Positions 46,833 through 57,061 of a DNA stretch of 64,000 bases are shown in pieces. This stretch comes from Trueperaceae bacterium. GTDB taxonomy: Bacteria > Deinococcota > Deinococci > Deinococcales > Trueperaceae. Location: contig JAXHNB010000009.1 in the NCBI GenBank assembly GCA_034520945.1, positions 128,001 through 192,000 on the forward strand, in the 5' to 3' direction. The translations under genes and the position numbers were made by a program. Under the pieces are notes generated by a model. It saw only the letters and a list, made by a program, of their open reading frames with translations. It was not told the DNA's origin and searched no databases. Within the stretch, counting starts at the first letter, position 1, and each line of letters starts with the position of its first letter.

Positions 46833-47582
46833 ATGGCCGATCTGCCCCCGGTGCTGATCGTCTTCCTGTACGCGCTCCTGACCGCGGTGGCGACCGGCCT
46901 CGGGGCGCTGCCCCTGCTGGCGCTCCGCAAGGTGCCTCCCCACTGGTTGGGGCTGGCCAACGGCGCGGCGGCGGGATTGATGCTGGCCGCGAGCTTCCAG
47001 CTGGTTCGCGAGGGGCTCGGCATCTCCATGCCCCGCACGGCGGTCGGCATGCTGCTCGGCCTGTTCGCGATCGTGGTCAGCCAGCGCCTCCTGACGCGCC
47101 GCGAGGGCGAGATGAGCGTGGCGGAGCTGGACGGCGCCCCCGCCCGCAAGGCGCTGCTGATCCTGGGCGTGATGACGGCGCACTCGTTCGCGGAGGGGAT
47201 CGGCGTCGGTGTCTCGTTCGGCACCACGGTGTCGTTCGGCGTGTTCATCAGCCTGGCGATCGCGGTGCACAACGTCCCCGAAGGCCTCGCGATCAGCCTC
47301 ACCATGGTGCCGCGCGGCGTACCGGTGTGGCGCGCGGCGTGGTGGAGCATCTTCTCCAGCCTGCCCCAGCCTCTGATGGCGGTGCCGGCGTTCCTGTTCG
47401 TGCAGACGTTCGAGCCGGTGCTGCCCGTTGGCCTGGGCCTGGCGGCCGGCGCCATGATCTGGATGGCGCAGTCCGAGCTGGTGCCCGATGCGATCGAGGT
47501 CGCCCCCAAGGAGCAGGTCGCGACCGCGCTCACGCTGGCGGGCATCGCGATGGTCGTGTTCCAGGTTCTGATCGGCGGCTGA
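46833..47582 (+). CDS. ZIP family metal transporter
   Basis: ATGLGALP, AHSFAEGIGVG, VHNVPEGLAI. Confidence 0.9.
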   Translation: MADLPPVLIVFLYALLTAVATGLGALPLLALRKVPPHWLGLANGAAAGLMLAASFQLVREGLGISMPRTAVGMLLGLFAIVVSQRLLTRREGEMSVAELDGAPARKALLILGVMTAHSFAEGIGVGVSFGTTVSFGVFISLAIAVHNVPEGLAISLTMVPRGVPVWRAAWWSIFSSLPQPLMAVPAFLFVQTFEPVLPVGLGLAAGAMIWMAQSELVPDAIEVAPKEQVATALTLAGIAMVVFQVLIGG

Positions 47583-47621
47583 GGGGCGCGCGCCCCGCGC
47601 CGCGGCGTGGTATTCCGAGGC

Positions 47622-48683
47622 ATGTTCTGGCGTACGCATCCGTTGCACGTTCGCGCCGTCGTCGCCGCGGGTCTTCTCCTGGCGGTATCGGGGCTCACCT
47701 TCGCCGGCGGTGCCTGGTACCTGGCGCGCCCCGAGGTGCCGGGCGGCGCGATGTTGGCACTGCACGTCGACCCGGCGACGCAGGAGGCGCGTGGCGCGTG
47801 GCGCGACGCGCCCCACCGCCCCGGGGACACGGCGGGCCTCGACCTGGTGCTGATCGGTCGCGCGGAGGAGGACGGCGAGCATCTGGCGGTTCGGCTGGAC
47901 GCGTTCGCAGCCGAGGGCGTCACGGCCGCGGATCCGCGGGACGCGTCGGGCGACCCCGTCGGCACGGTCGTGGTTCGGGCCGACCGGCGACACGGCGCAA
48001 CGGACCTGGACCCGTTCGGCGCGGCGGAGGCGTCGTTCCGCCCCGCGGGCGAGTGCGCGCCCCGCACGCTGTCGCTGTCGGCCGTCGCCACCCGGTACGA
48101 TTTCGCGGCCCGCCTGACGGACGGCTCGTTCGAGGTCACGCGCGAGGTGCCGTTCTTCTACGCCGAGCCGTGGGGCACCCTCTCGCTTCGTGCCCGGGCG
48201 TCGCCCGATCCAGGCCCGAGCGTGACCGACGGCCTGACGGAGCGGGCGGGACGGCCCATGGGTGTCGCCGCTCAGTGGTTCGACGAGGCCGTGACCGAGA
48301 TCACGGCCTTGACCCGGACCCTCGTCAGCACCCGCACCACCGTGCACGCCTACGCCGGCGGGGCGCACCCGAACACCTGGTTCACCTTCGCGACGTTCGT
48401 ACGAGACGGCGAGGCGTGGCGCGACGTCGGCCTGTGCGAGGCGCTCGCGCACCTGGATCGTGCCTGCCCCGAGACGGCGCTGCGCCGGTCCGTGCACCAG
48501 GCGCTGCTGGCGCAGAAGGCGGCATGGGTGGTGCAGGGCGAGGTGACGGCCGACACCCCGTGGCTGCTGGAGCCGTTCACGCTGACGCCGTCCGGCGTGC
48601 GGTTCGACTACGCACCCTACGAGGTGGGGCCGTACGTGGATGGGCCGTTCTCGGTGACCGTGCCCTATTCCGCGCCTCGCTGA
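47622..48683 (+). CDS. Exported protein with C-terminal RsiV/DUF3298-like segment
   Basis: N-terminal TM segment; YAGGAHPN and FTLTPSGVRFDYAPYEVGPY motifs. Confidence 0.65.
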   Translation: MFWRTHPLHVRAVVAAGLLLAVSGLTFAGGAWYLARPEVPGGAMLALHVDPATQEARGAWRDAPHRPGDTAGLDLVLIGRAEEDGEHLAVRLDAFAAEGVTAADPRDASGDPVGTVVVRADRRHGATDLDPFGAAEASFRPAGECAPRTLSLSAVATRYDFAARLTDGSFEVTREVPFFYAEPWGTLSLRARASPDPGPSVTDGLTERAGRPMGVAAQWFDEAVTEITALTRTLVSTRTTVHAYAGGAHPNTWFTFATFVRDGEAWRDVGLCEALAHLDRACPETALRRSVHQALLAQKAAWVVQGEVTADTPWLLEPFTLTPSGVRFDYAPYEVGPYVDGPFSVTVPYSAPR

Positions 48684-48739
48684 CGCGCGTCGGGCGTCGC
48701 ACGGCGTCGGCCCCCAGGCGCCGGGCGCGGCGTGGTTCG

Positions 48740-49795
48740 TCAGGGTTCGGGCGGGTCCTCGCGCGGGCCGTGGCTGGGCACGGGCGCCGGCGTGGCGCGC
48801 CACGGCCGGTAGCGAACGCCGTCGGTGACCGCGTCGCCGCCGCCAGGCCCGACGCCGCCCGGGCCGTCTTCGGCGCCCCACCAGTTGTGGCGCGCGTCGA
48901 CCTCCGTGCCTGCGCCGTCGACGCCGAACGTCGCGTTGTCGGTGACGGCGTTGCCGTGCATGCGCACATTGCGCTCACCCGCGAACACGCCGACGTCGTT
49001 GCGGCGGATCTCATTGGCGAGAAGGCGCACGTCGCGCACGCCCAGGCTGACGCCGACCCCCCAATCCACGTTGTCGATCAGGGCATTGCCGATCACCATG
49101 CACCCCAGGGACACGTTGCCCATCAGGATCCCGATGCCGGGGTAGCGATCATTGTCGAGGTGGGGCACGCGGCCGCCGTGGTTGTGGCGGAACACGTTGC
49201 GCTGAATGGTGATGTCGACCGAGTTTCCTTGGTAGATCCCTACGGCGCTGGTGCTGCCCTCGCACCGTTCCACGATGCAGTCCTGGGACGCCCACAGGTA
49301 GTAGCCGGAGGAGTCGTGCTCGCACGACATGCAGTCGCGGATCCGCACGTTTCTCGACGCGGAGATCCACACACCTTCCAGCGCGTCTCGGAGCGTGAAG
49401 CCCACGATGTTCACGTCCCGCGTGTCGCGCACATTGAGGGCACCCACAACGTAGCGTTCCCGGGGCAGCCCGGACCAGCGGAAAACGCCCCGGTCGGCCG
49501 ACAGCACCGTACGGCCGTAGCCGGCACCCAGCAGCGTCAGCGGCTTCTCGATCACGACCGTCTCGGTGAACGTGCCGGCACCGACCCGAATCACCTCGCC
49601 GGGCTCGGCACGGTCGATCGCGGCCTGCAGCGACGCACCTTCGGGCACGTCGACGGCCGGGGCGGCCGCGTCACGCGCCAAGCTCGTGGCGCCCAGTCCG
49701 GTCAGGCCCATGGCAATGGCGCCGCGCACACCGCGCGTAAGAAGGCGCCGGCGCGCGCGTCGCCAGGCGTCCAGGTCGCCCGTGCGCTCCGACAC
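48740..49795 (-). CDS. Tat-exported right-handed beta-helix (NosD-like) protein
   Basis: RRRLL leader; SLQAAIDRAEPGEVIRVGAGTF; repeated N/G-x-I beta-helix units; DARHNWWG. Confidence 0.75.
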   Translation of the reverse strand: MSERTGDLDAWRRARRRLLTRGVRGAIAMGLTGLGATSLARDAAAPAVDVPEGASLQAAIDRAEPGEVIRVGAGTFTETVVIEKPLTLLGAGYGRTVLSADRGVFRWSGLPRERYVVGALNVRDTRDVNIVGFTLRDALEGVWISASRNVRIRDCMSCEHDSSGYYLWASQDCIVERCEGSTSAVGIYQGNSVDITIQRNVFRHNHGGRVPHLDNDRYPGIGILMGNVSLGCMVIGNALIDNVDWGVGVSLGVRDVRLLANEIRRNDVGVFAGERNVRMHGNAVTDNATFGVDGAGTEVDARHNWWGAEDGPGGVGPGGGDAVTDGVRYRPWRATPAPVPSHGPREDPPEP

Positions 49796-49905
49796 GCCCG
49801 AAGCCTCCCCCTCATGCACGAACGACTCGGGCGTGCGTACGGCACGCCCGAGTCGGCGGACGGAGCAGTGCGGGGCACCGCTCCGTTCACGATGGTGTCG
49901 TTGGC

Positions 49906-50937
49906 TCACATGCTGGCGCCGGCGCCACGGGCCTGATCCAGCCACTCGTCCACCTGGGCGCGGTTGTTCTCGATCCACTCCTGGGCCATCGCCGCGACCT
50001 CATCATCGCTGCTTTCGCCCTCGCTGATGCGCGCCGTCATCTCGGAGATGTCGGCAAGCGGAATCTCGACGGCGTCGAGCAGCTCGTGCGCGGCCGGGTT
50101 GGCCTCCAGGAAGTCGCGGTTCGCGACGGTGCGGATGTCGTTGGCGACGTACCCGAACCGCAGCGTGTCGCTGACGGCGGTGTCGCCCATGCCCTCGGCG
50201 ACCATGGCGTCCTCGAGGCCTTCCTGGCCTTCGGAGGGGATGATCTCGGGCACGTTGATCCAGCGCACGTCTTCGCCCGGCACCAGCTGGACGGTGGTGA
50301 AGTTCGGCGTCCAGGTGTAGTACAGCACCGGCTCGTCGTTGCGGTAGCGGGCCAGCGCGTCGGCGAAGGACGCGGCGTAGGACGCGGTGATCACGTTCAC
50401 GTGATCATGCAGGTCGTAGGCGTCCATGTGGTGGCTGATGACCTGTTCGCAGCCCCAGCCGGGCGGGCAGCCGACCAGGTCGGCCTTGCCGTCGCCGTTG
50501 GCGTCGAACGCTTCCTTGACTTCCTCGCGCTTGAAGTCCTCGAGCGAGGTGATGTCGTACTCCTCGATGGATGCGGCGTCCACCAGGTAGCCCTGCAGGG
50601 CGCCCCGCTCGACGATGGTGCCGACGACGGCGGCGTTTTCCTCGAAGTTCTCGGGCAGCTGGGCGTTGTGCAGGGGGAACCAGCCGTTGGCCCAGTAGTC
50701 CACGTCGCCCTGCGTCACGGACTGGTAGAAGATCGGGTTCGACACGGACTGGGCGTCCTGCACATCGTAGCCGAGCTCACCGAGGAGCTGGGCGAAGATG
50801 GCCTCGATCGGCAGGGCGGACTGCCAGGTCGCGATGCCCGGCTGGATGCTGACGCCCTCACCGGGCTGGTCCTGCGCGACCGCGCCGCCAAGGGCGAGGC
50901 CGAACGTAACGGTCAATGCGATTGCGAGTTTACGCAT
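49906..50937 (-). CDS. proX: Glycine betaine/proline ABC transporter substrate-binding protein
   Basis: WFPLH, QGYLVD, GDGKADLVGCPPGWGC, YYTWTP. Confidence 0.93.
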   Translation of the reverse strand: MRKLAIALTVTFGLALGGAVAQDQPGEGVSIQPGIATWQSALPIEAIFAQLLGELGYDVQDAQSVSNPIFYQSVTQGDVDYWANGWFPLHNAQLPENFEENAAVVGTIVERGALQGYLVDAASIEEYDITSLEDFKREEVKEAFDANGDGKADLVGCPPGWGCEQVISHHMDAYDLHDHVNVITASYAASFADALARYRNDEPVLYYTWTPNFTTVQLVPGEDVRWINVPEIIPSEGQEGLEDAMVAEGMGDTAVSDTLRFGYVANDIRTVANRDFLEANPAAHELLDAVEIPLADISEMTARISEGESSDDEVAAMAQEWIENNRAQVDEWLDQARGAGASM

Positions 50938-51204
50938 CTATGCGTACCTCCTTCTATACATGAGACGTTTCGGAAAGACCGCTCTCATATGACCGCCTCG
51001 GAAGGCGGTGCGCACGGATCGACACGAGGATCGAACCTAGCGTCGGGCTGCGCGACGAGCATGCGGCTTCCAGAAGGTGAGCGTACCGTACGCACGCTTC
51101 CTACGTGCCCAATGCTAAAGGGTCGCGTGCCGCTCCAAGGTAGCCTGAGGTCTTGACAAGCATTTAGGAGGGGAAAGGGCGCCGGCACGCCGGCGCCGCC
51201 CCCG

Positions 51205-52050
51205 TCAAGACCGCTCGCCGAAGCCCTGGGTGATGCGGTCCAGAATGATCGCCAACAGCACGATGCCGAGGCCGCCGATCGCCGCCTGGCCGACGTTGAG
51301 CGAGTTCAGGCCGCGGAACACCGGCGTGCCCAGCCCGCCCGCACCGATCAGCGCCGCGATCACGACCATCGACAGCGACAGCATGATCGTCTGGTTCAGG
51401 CCCGCCATGATGGTCGGCATGGCCAGGGGCATCTGGATCTTGAACAGGATCTCCCGCGGGCTGGAGCCGAAGGCGACACCTGCCTCCACCGCGTCCTCCT
51501 GCACCCCCCGGATGCCGAGGTTGGTGAGTCGGATGATGGGGGGCAGCGCAAAGATGATGGTGGCCAGCACGCCCGCGACCGTCCCGATCCCGAACAGCAT
51601 CACCACGGGCACCAGGTACACGAAGGCCGGCGTGGTCTGCATCACGTCCAGAACGGGCCTCAGCCCCGACGCGAAGCGGTCGCTGCGCGCCGCGGCGATC
51701 CCCAACGGGATCCCCACGATGACGCAGAAGACCACCGCCGCCAACACCATGGCGAGCGTGGTCATGGTCAGGTCCCACATGCCGGTGAAGCCCACAACGG
51801 ACAGCGCGACGAACGTGAACGCCGCGACCTTCCAGTCCACCGCCTTCCAAGCCAGCAGCACGATCAGGATCACCATGATCGTCGGTGGGATGAACAGCAG
51901 GGTGATCTCGATGTTCTCCAATACCTGCTCGACCGGCCACTTGATCGCCTGGAAGAATCCTCGGGCGTTGGTGGACAGCCAATCGACGGCGGCTTGGATC
52001 CAGTTGTCCAGGGGGAGGCTGTAACTGTCGAACACGTTCAGGATGCTCAT
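51205..52050 (-). CDS. proW: Glycine betaine/proline ABC transporter permease
   Basis: LDVMQTTPAFVYLVP, PPIIRLTNLGI, NQTIMLSLSMVV. Confidence 0.95.
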   Translation of the reverse strand: MSILNVFDSYSLPLDNWIQAAVDWLSTNARGFFQAIKWPVEQVLENIEITLLFIPPTIMVILIVLLAWKAVDWKVAAFTFVALSVVGFTGMWDLTMTTLAMVLAAVVFCVIVGIPLGIAAARSDRFASGLRPVLDVMQTTPAFVYLVPVVMLFGIGTVAGVLATIIFALPPIIRLTNLGIRGVQEDAVEAGVAFGSSPREILFKIQMPLAMPTIMAGLNQTIMLSLSMVVIAALIGAGGLGTPVFRGLNSLNVGQAAIGGLGIVLLAIILDRITQGFGERS

Positions 52051-53297
52051 GCCGCGCCCTCCTGTACCTTCTCGTCCGAGGTCGATTCCTCGTTGGCCCG
52101 CTTGTACAGCAGGCCGTGGATCAATTCGTTCTCGCTGATCACGCCGAGCAGTTCACCGTCCTCGGCAACGACGACCACCGGCAACACCGAGTAGGTGCGG
52201 CCCTGCAGCACGTCCCGCAACGTGTGATCCGGACGCGCCTGAAGCAAGACGTCCCCGTGGCGAATGTCGGGAAGCTCCTCGGCCAACGCCTCGTCCAGCG
52301 GCTTCGTGGGCAAGGCCTTGCCGTCCAAGCGCACCTCACGGAACTTATGGTCGCCGTCCACCCCGTACGCGACGTTCCGGTAGCCCTCACGCGTGTAAAA
52401 GCGCACCTCGCCGTCCCGCTCGGACTCGCTGAAGCGCCGGCCCGGCACCGGCAACGCGATGGTGCGGGCCGTCATCACGCCGGTCGGATCGGCGTGCTTG
52501 ACGAAGTCGGCGACGTACTCGGTGCGGGGATTGACGATGATGTCTTCGGGGGTGCCCAGCTGCACGATCTCGCCCGCCTCCATCAGCGCGATGCGCGTGC
52601 CGATCCGAAGCGCTTCGTCGAGATCGTGCGTGATGAACAGGATGGTGCGCCGCAGCTCGTTCTGGATCCGCAGCAGCTCGTTCTGCATCTCCACCTTGAT
52701 CAGGGGGTCCAAGGCGCTGAACGGCTCGTCCATCAACATCACTTCCGCCTCGGTCGCCAGGGCACGGGCGAGGCCGACGCGCTGCTGCATCCCGCCCGAC
52801 AGCTCGGAGGGGAACGCGTTGCCCCACCCACCGAGACCGACGATCTCGAGCACCTCTTCGGCCCGCTGGCGGCGTTTCTCGACGCCCACGCCCTGAATCT
52901 CGAGCCCGTAGGCGACGTTGTCGACCACGCGGCGGTGCGGCAACAGCCCGAAGCGCTGGAACACCATGCTCATCCGCTCGCGGCGCAGGCGGCGCAGCTC
53001 GGCATCGGACACGCTGCTGACCTCGATCTCGCCCTCCTTCGTCCGGAGGTAGACCTCGCCGGCGGTCGGCTCGATCAGCCGGTTGATGCAACGCAACAGC
53101 GTGGACTTGCCGCTACCCGACAGGCCCATGATCACGAACACTTCGCCCTCGTCGAGCTCGAAACTGACGTCCCTCACCCCGACGATGAGGCCGGTGTCCG
53201 CCCGTATGTCCTCGCTGCTCACCCCTTGACGGATGAGCTCGAGCGCACGTTCGGGTTCATCCCCGAACGCCTTGACCAGATTCTCGACACGTATCAC
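52047..53297 (-). CDS. proV: Glycine betaine/proline ABC transporter ATP-binding protein
   Basis: MGLSGSGKST, LSGGMQQRVGLARAL, DEPFSALDPL, FITHDLDEA; C-terminal CBS-like segment. Confidence 0.95.
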   Translation of the reverse strand: MIRVENLVKAFGDEPERALELIRQGVSSEDIRADTGLIVGVRDVSFELDEGEVFVIMGLSGSGKSTLLRCINRLIEPTAGEVYLRTKEGEIEVSSVSDAELRRLRRERMSMVFQRFGLLPHRRVVDNVAYGLEIQGVGVEKRRQRAEEVLEIVGLGGWGNAFPSELSGGMQQRVGLARALATEAEVMLMDEPFSALDPLIKVEMQNELLRIQNELRRTILFITHDLDEALRIGTRIALMEAGEIVQLGTPEDIIVNPRTEYVADFVKHADPTGVMTARTIALPVPGRRFSESERDGEVRFYTREGYRNVAYGVDGDHKFREVRLDGKALPTKPLDEALAEELPDIRHGDVLLQARPDHTLRDVLQGRTYSVLPVVVVAEDGELLGVISENELIHGLLYKRANEESTSDEKVQEGAA

Positions 53298-53671
53298 GTG
53301 CGCCTCCTATCACTGCGAAACGGCCGACCGAGGCGGGTCGCCAGCAGCGACCAAGTCGACCATGCGACGTCGGCCCCCCGCGAGGCCCACCATCGGCGCG
53401 GACGCGCCGACCCCCCCGATCTACCGTCCGTCGCACGAACGGTCGTGGAGGGGCGCTGCGCGTACACGCACGTATGCAGCACAGTGTACAGGTTCGCGCC
53501 CCTCCCGGTACGGCCTTTCACGGATCAAGGCGGCGTTCGGACCGTGTGCGACGGATCCGTCGGCGCCGCCCATACGCCGCACGGCGGCGAATCGTTCGAA
53601 GGGGCCGAAGGCGACGTCGCGCAAGGCGCCGGCCCACCGACCGCCGGGGCACCGGGTAGGCTGGCGCGGTC

Positions 53672-54931
53672 ATGATGCGGCGCGCACGACGATCCTGGAC
53701 GGGCGCGCCCCGCGGCTGGAGGATCGCGTGGGCGTTGGCCGTCACCCAGACGGTCGGCTTCGGGGTGCTGTTCTACGCCTACGCCGTGTTCACCCTTCCC
53801 ATGGAGGCCGAGCTGGGCTGGACGCGCGCCCAGACGTCGGGGGCGTTCTCGTTGGCGCTGCTGGTCTCGGGCCTGGCGGCGCTGCCGGTCGGCCGTCTGG
53901 TGGACGCGCGCGGGGCCCGTGGGCTGATGAGCGTCGCCTCGCTGGCCGGAGCCCTGCTGTTGCTCGCGTGGTCGTTCGTCACCTCGGCCTGGACGCTGTA
54001 CCTGATCCAGGCCGCCATTGGCCTGGTGATGGCGTGCGTGCTGTACGACGTCGCATTCACGGTGATCGCGACCTGGTTCCGGCAGCAGCGCATTCGCGCC
54101 ATGCTGCTGGTGACCACCTTCGCGGGCCTCGCCAGCACCATCTTCGTGCCGTTGGCGACCGCCTTGGTGGAGGGTCTGGGCTGGCGTGCGGCGTTGCGGG
54201 TGTTGGCGCTGCTGCTGGTGGGCATCACCGTGCCGTTGCACGCCCTGGTGGTGCGTCGCGCCCCGACGGCGCGCGACGGGGAGGCGTTCGAAGGCGCCGC
54301 CACGAATGATGCGGAGCACACGGCACCCGAGCCCAGCGTCGGCACCCGGGAGGCCCTGCGGAGCGGCACGTTCTGGTGGTTGTCGGGCGCCTTCGGCCTC
54401 GACCGCATCGCGATCGTGGCGGTGGCGGCCCACGCCGTGCCGCTGCTCCTGGAGCGCGGCTACGCCCCGGGCGTGGTCGCCACCGCGGCGGGCTCGATCG
54501 GGCTGCTGCAGGTCGTGGGGCGCATCGCGTTCGCGCCCGCCACGGCCCACCTGCCGCTGGCGCACCTCACGTCGATCACCTTCTCGGTGCGGGCGGCAGC
54601 CCTCCTCTGCCTGTGGCTGGTCCCGGGCGGGGTTGGCCTGTGGGCGTTCGTGACCGGGTTCGGCCTCGCCAACGGCGCCAGCACCCTGGCGCGCGCCGGG
54701 CTGGTCGCCGCCCGCTTCGGACCCGCCCACTACGGCGCCATCAATGGGGGGATCAGCACCGTGGTGGCGGTGGCGCAGACCGTGGCGCCGCTGGGCGTCG
54801 GCGCGTTGCGCGACGGGACGGGCGGGTACGAGCTCGCCCTCGCCGCTCTGGTCACGGCGTCGTTGGCGGCCGCTGCCCTGGTTCTCCGGGCCGGCACCTC
54901 CACGGCGGTCGGCGCCACCACGCTCCGCTGA
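53672..54931 (+). CDS. MFS transporter
   Basis: About 12 TM segments; GRLVDARGAR motif A; GLASTIF. Confidence 0.88.
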   Translation: MMRRARRSWTGAPRGWRIAWALAVTQTVGFGVLFYAYAVFTLPMEAELGWTRAQTSGAFSLALLVSGLAALPVGRLVDARGARGLMSVASLAGALLLLAWSFVTSAWTLYLIQAAIGLVMACVLYDVAFTVIATWFRQQRIRAMLLVTTFAGLASTIFVPLATALVEGLGWRAALRVLALLLVGITVPLHALVVRRAPTARDGEAFEGAATNDAEHTAPEPSVGTREALRSGTFWWLSGAFGLDRIAIVAVAAHAVPLLLERGYAPGVVATAAGSIGLLQVVGRIAFAPATAHLPLAHLTSITFSVRAAALLCLWLVPGGVGLWAFVTGFGLANGASTLARAGLVAARFGPAHYGAINGGISTVVAVAQTVAPLGVGALRDGTGGYELALAALVTASLAAAALVLRAGTSTAVGATTLR

Positions 54932-54941
54932 CGACCGCGCC

Positions 54942-55922
54942 TCAGGCCGCCCGCCCGCGGGCGAGGAGCTCCATGAACCGGCCCTCGCCGATGTTGCTGC
55001 CGCACAGCACCGCCACCACCCGCCGGCCCTCGAGATCCGACCGCAGCGGGCCGGCCGCCGCCGCCAGGGTCGCCGCACCCGCGGGCTCCAGCGCGAACTT
55101 CCAGGCGTCGTACGCACCCGCCATGGCCCGGCACAGCTGGTCGTCGCTGACCAGCACCATCCGGTCGACGACGACGCGGCACGCCTCGAACGTGTCGGCC
55201 GTGTGCATCGGCGCGCCCATGCTGTCGGCGACGGTATCGACGTCGACGCGCGCCAGCGGCGCGCCCTGGGCCAGGCTGTGCGTCAGGCCCGGCGCTCCCT
55301 CGGGTTCGACGCCGATGACCTCGCAGCTGGGATGAAGCGCGCGGATCGCTGCGCCGATGCCGGCCAGCAGACCGCCCCCGCCGACCGCGACCAGCACCAC
55401 GTCCGGGGCGTCGATCTGCTCGGCGATCTCGAGGCCGACCGTGCCCGTGCCCTCGCGGGTGCGCTCCCCGTCGAACGGGTGCACGAAGGTCCGGCCCTCC
55501 TGCTGCCGGATCTCGTCCACGCGCGCGAACGCCTCCCCGATGTCGTCGGCCAGGATCACCTCGGCGCCGTGACGTTCGCAGGCCGCCACCCGCACCGGAT
55601 CGGCGGCGCGGTGCATCACCACCTTCGCCGAGATGCCGGTGACCGCGGCCGCGTACGCGACGGCGATGGCATGGTTGCCGGCACTCACCGCCGTCACCCC
55701 GCGCGCCCGGGCCTCCTCCGGCAGCGTGAGCAGGGTGTTCAGGGCGCCCCGCGCCTTGAAGGTCCCCGTTCGTTGCAGGAACTCGAGCTTCAGGAACAGC
55801 GTGCCGTCACCGACCGCTGGCACCTCGGCCGGAGACGGGACCGCGTGCACGGGCGTGCGCAGGAGGTACGGCGCCAGGCGCGTTTGCGCCTCGCGAATGG
55901 CCTCTAGAGTGGGAACGCTCAT
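54942..55922 (-). CDS. PLP-dependent threonine/serine dehydratase family protein
   Basis: KLEFLQRTGTFKARGA, SAGNHA, VGGGGL, CGSN. Confidence 0.9.
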   Translation of the reverse strand: MSVPTLEAIREAQTRLAPYLLRTPVHAVPSPAEVPAVGDGTLFLKLEFLQRTGTFKARGALNTLLTLPEEARARGVTAVSAGNHAIAVAYAAAVTGISAKVVMHRAADPVRVAACERHGAEVILADDIGEAFARVDEIRQQEGRTFVHPFDGERTREGTGTVGLEIAEQIDAPDVVLVAVGGGGLLAGIGAAIRALHPSCEVIGVEPEGAPGLTHSLAQGAPLARVDVDTVADSMGAPMHTADTFEACRVVVDRMVLVSDDQLCRAMAGAYDAWKFALEPAGAATLAAAAGPLRSDLEGRRVVAVLCGSNIGEGRFMELLARGRAA

Positions 55923-56920
55923 GCGCCGAGCGACACCCAGCCGCCCCGCGCGGCGCTCTCACGGATGGCGTCCAGCACCCGCATGTTGTTCACGCCGTCC
56001 AGGAGGGGCGTCGGCACCGGCGTGTCCTCCAGCACCGCCTTCGAGAAGGCCTCGCCCTGCAGCGTGTACTGATCGACGTTGTCGTACGTGGTCTGGACGG
56101 TCTCGGCGCCCCGCCCGAGCCACAGGCGGTGCGGGCCCTGGGGCGGGGCGTTGAACGGGATCTCGAGCTCGATGCGCCCGTCCGTCCCGAACGCCTGGGC
56201 ACGTTGGTACGGCTCGTGCTGCGTGCCGCAGGTGAACGTCGCCGTGTCGCCGTCGCCGAAGTCCAGCAGCGCGCTGGCCAAGCGGTCCACCCCGAACGTC
56301 GGATCGACCTCCACGCTGGCGACGACCCGCACGGGCTCCCGCCCGAACAGGAAGCGCGACAGCGAGACGTCGTAGCACCCGATGTCCATCAGGCCGCCCC
56401 CGCCGGTCTCGGGCTTGTTGCGGATGTTGTCCGGGTCGTGCTTGCGGTATGAGAAGTGCGAGTGCACCACGCGGAGCCGCCCGATCGCGCCCTCGTCCAC
56501 CCAGCGTTTGGCCTGCTGCCACTGCGGGTGGAAGCGGTACATGAACCCTTCCATCACCTTCAGGTGCGGGTGCTTTTCCGACGCGTCCAGCAGCTCCGCC
56601 GCCTCGTCGGCGCTCATGCCGAGCGGCTTCTCGCACAGCACGTGCTTGCCGGCCTCGAGCGCCCGCTTGGACCAGGAGACGTGCAACTGGTTGGGCAGCG
56701 GGTTGTAGACGGCGTCGACCTCGTCCGACGCCAGCAGCGCCTCGTAGTCGCCGAACGCGTGCGGCACGTGCAGCGCGTCGGCCGCCCGGCGCGCCTTCGC
56801 CTCGTCGCGGGAGGCGATGGCCACCACGTCGACGTTGTCGGCCTTCTGCATGGCGGGGACGACCTTGCTCACCGCGATCTTGGCGGTGCTGAGCACCCCC
56901 CAGCGAACCTTGTCCTGCAT
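55919..56920 (-). CDS. Gfo/Idh/MocA family oxidoreductase
   Basis: WGVLSTAKIA, HVLCEKP, GGGLMDIGCY. Confidence 0.92.
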   Translation of the reverse strand: MQDKVRWGVLSTAKIAVSKVVPAMQKADNVDVVAIASRDEAKARRAADALHVPHAFGDYEALLASDEVDAVYNPLPNQLHVSWSKRALEAGKHVLCEKPLGMSADEAAELLDASEKHPHLKVMEGFMYRFHPQWQQAKRWVDEGAIGRLRVVHSHFSYRKHDPDNIRNKPETGGGGLMDIGCYDVSLSRFLFGREPVRVVASVEVDPTFGVDRLASALLDFGDGDTATFTCGTQHEPYQRAQAFGTDGRIELEIPFNAPPQGPHRLWLGRGAETVQTTYDNVDQYTLQGEAFSKAVLEDTPVPTPLLDGVNNMRVLDAIRESAARGGWVSLGA

Positions 56921-57061
56921 GTCGTACCTCCAGGTCTTCAGGTCTCGGGCCACCGTACCCCGCCGCTGGGCGTGCCCCCTGCGCCTGGGACGCACGGACG
57001 CGGGGCGGGACGCTCTGCGTCCCGCCCCGTGGCGGTCGTGGCTCGGCGCTCGACTCGCGTC

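Noticed and set aside
48740..49795. nosD of a nitrous oxide reductase cluster
   Set aside because: No nosZ, nosF, nosY or nosL is in the window; only a generic beta-helix is supported
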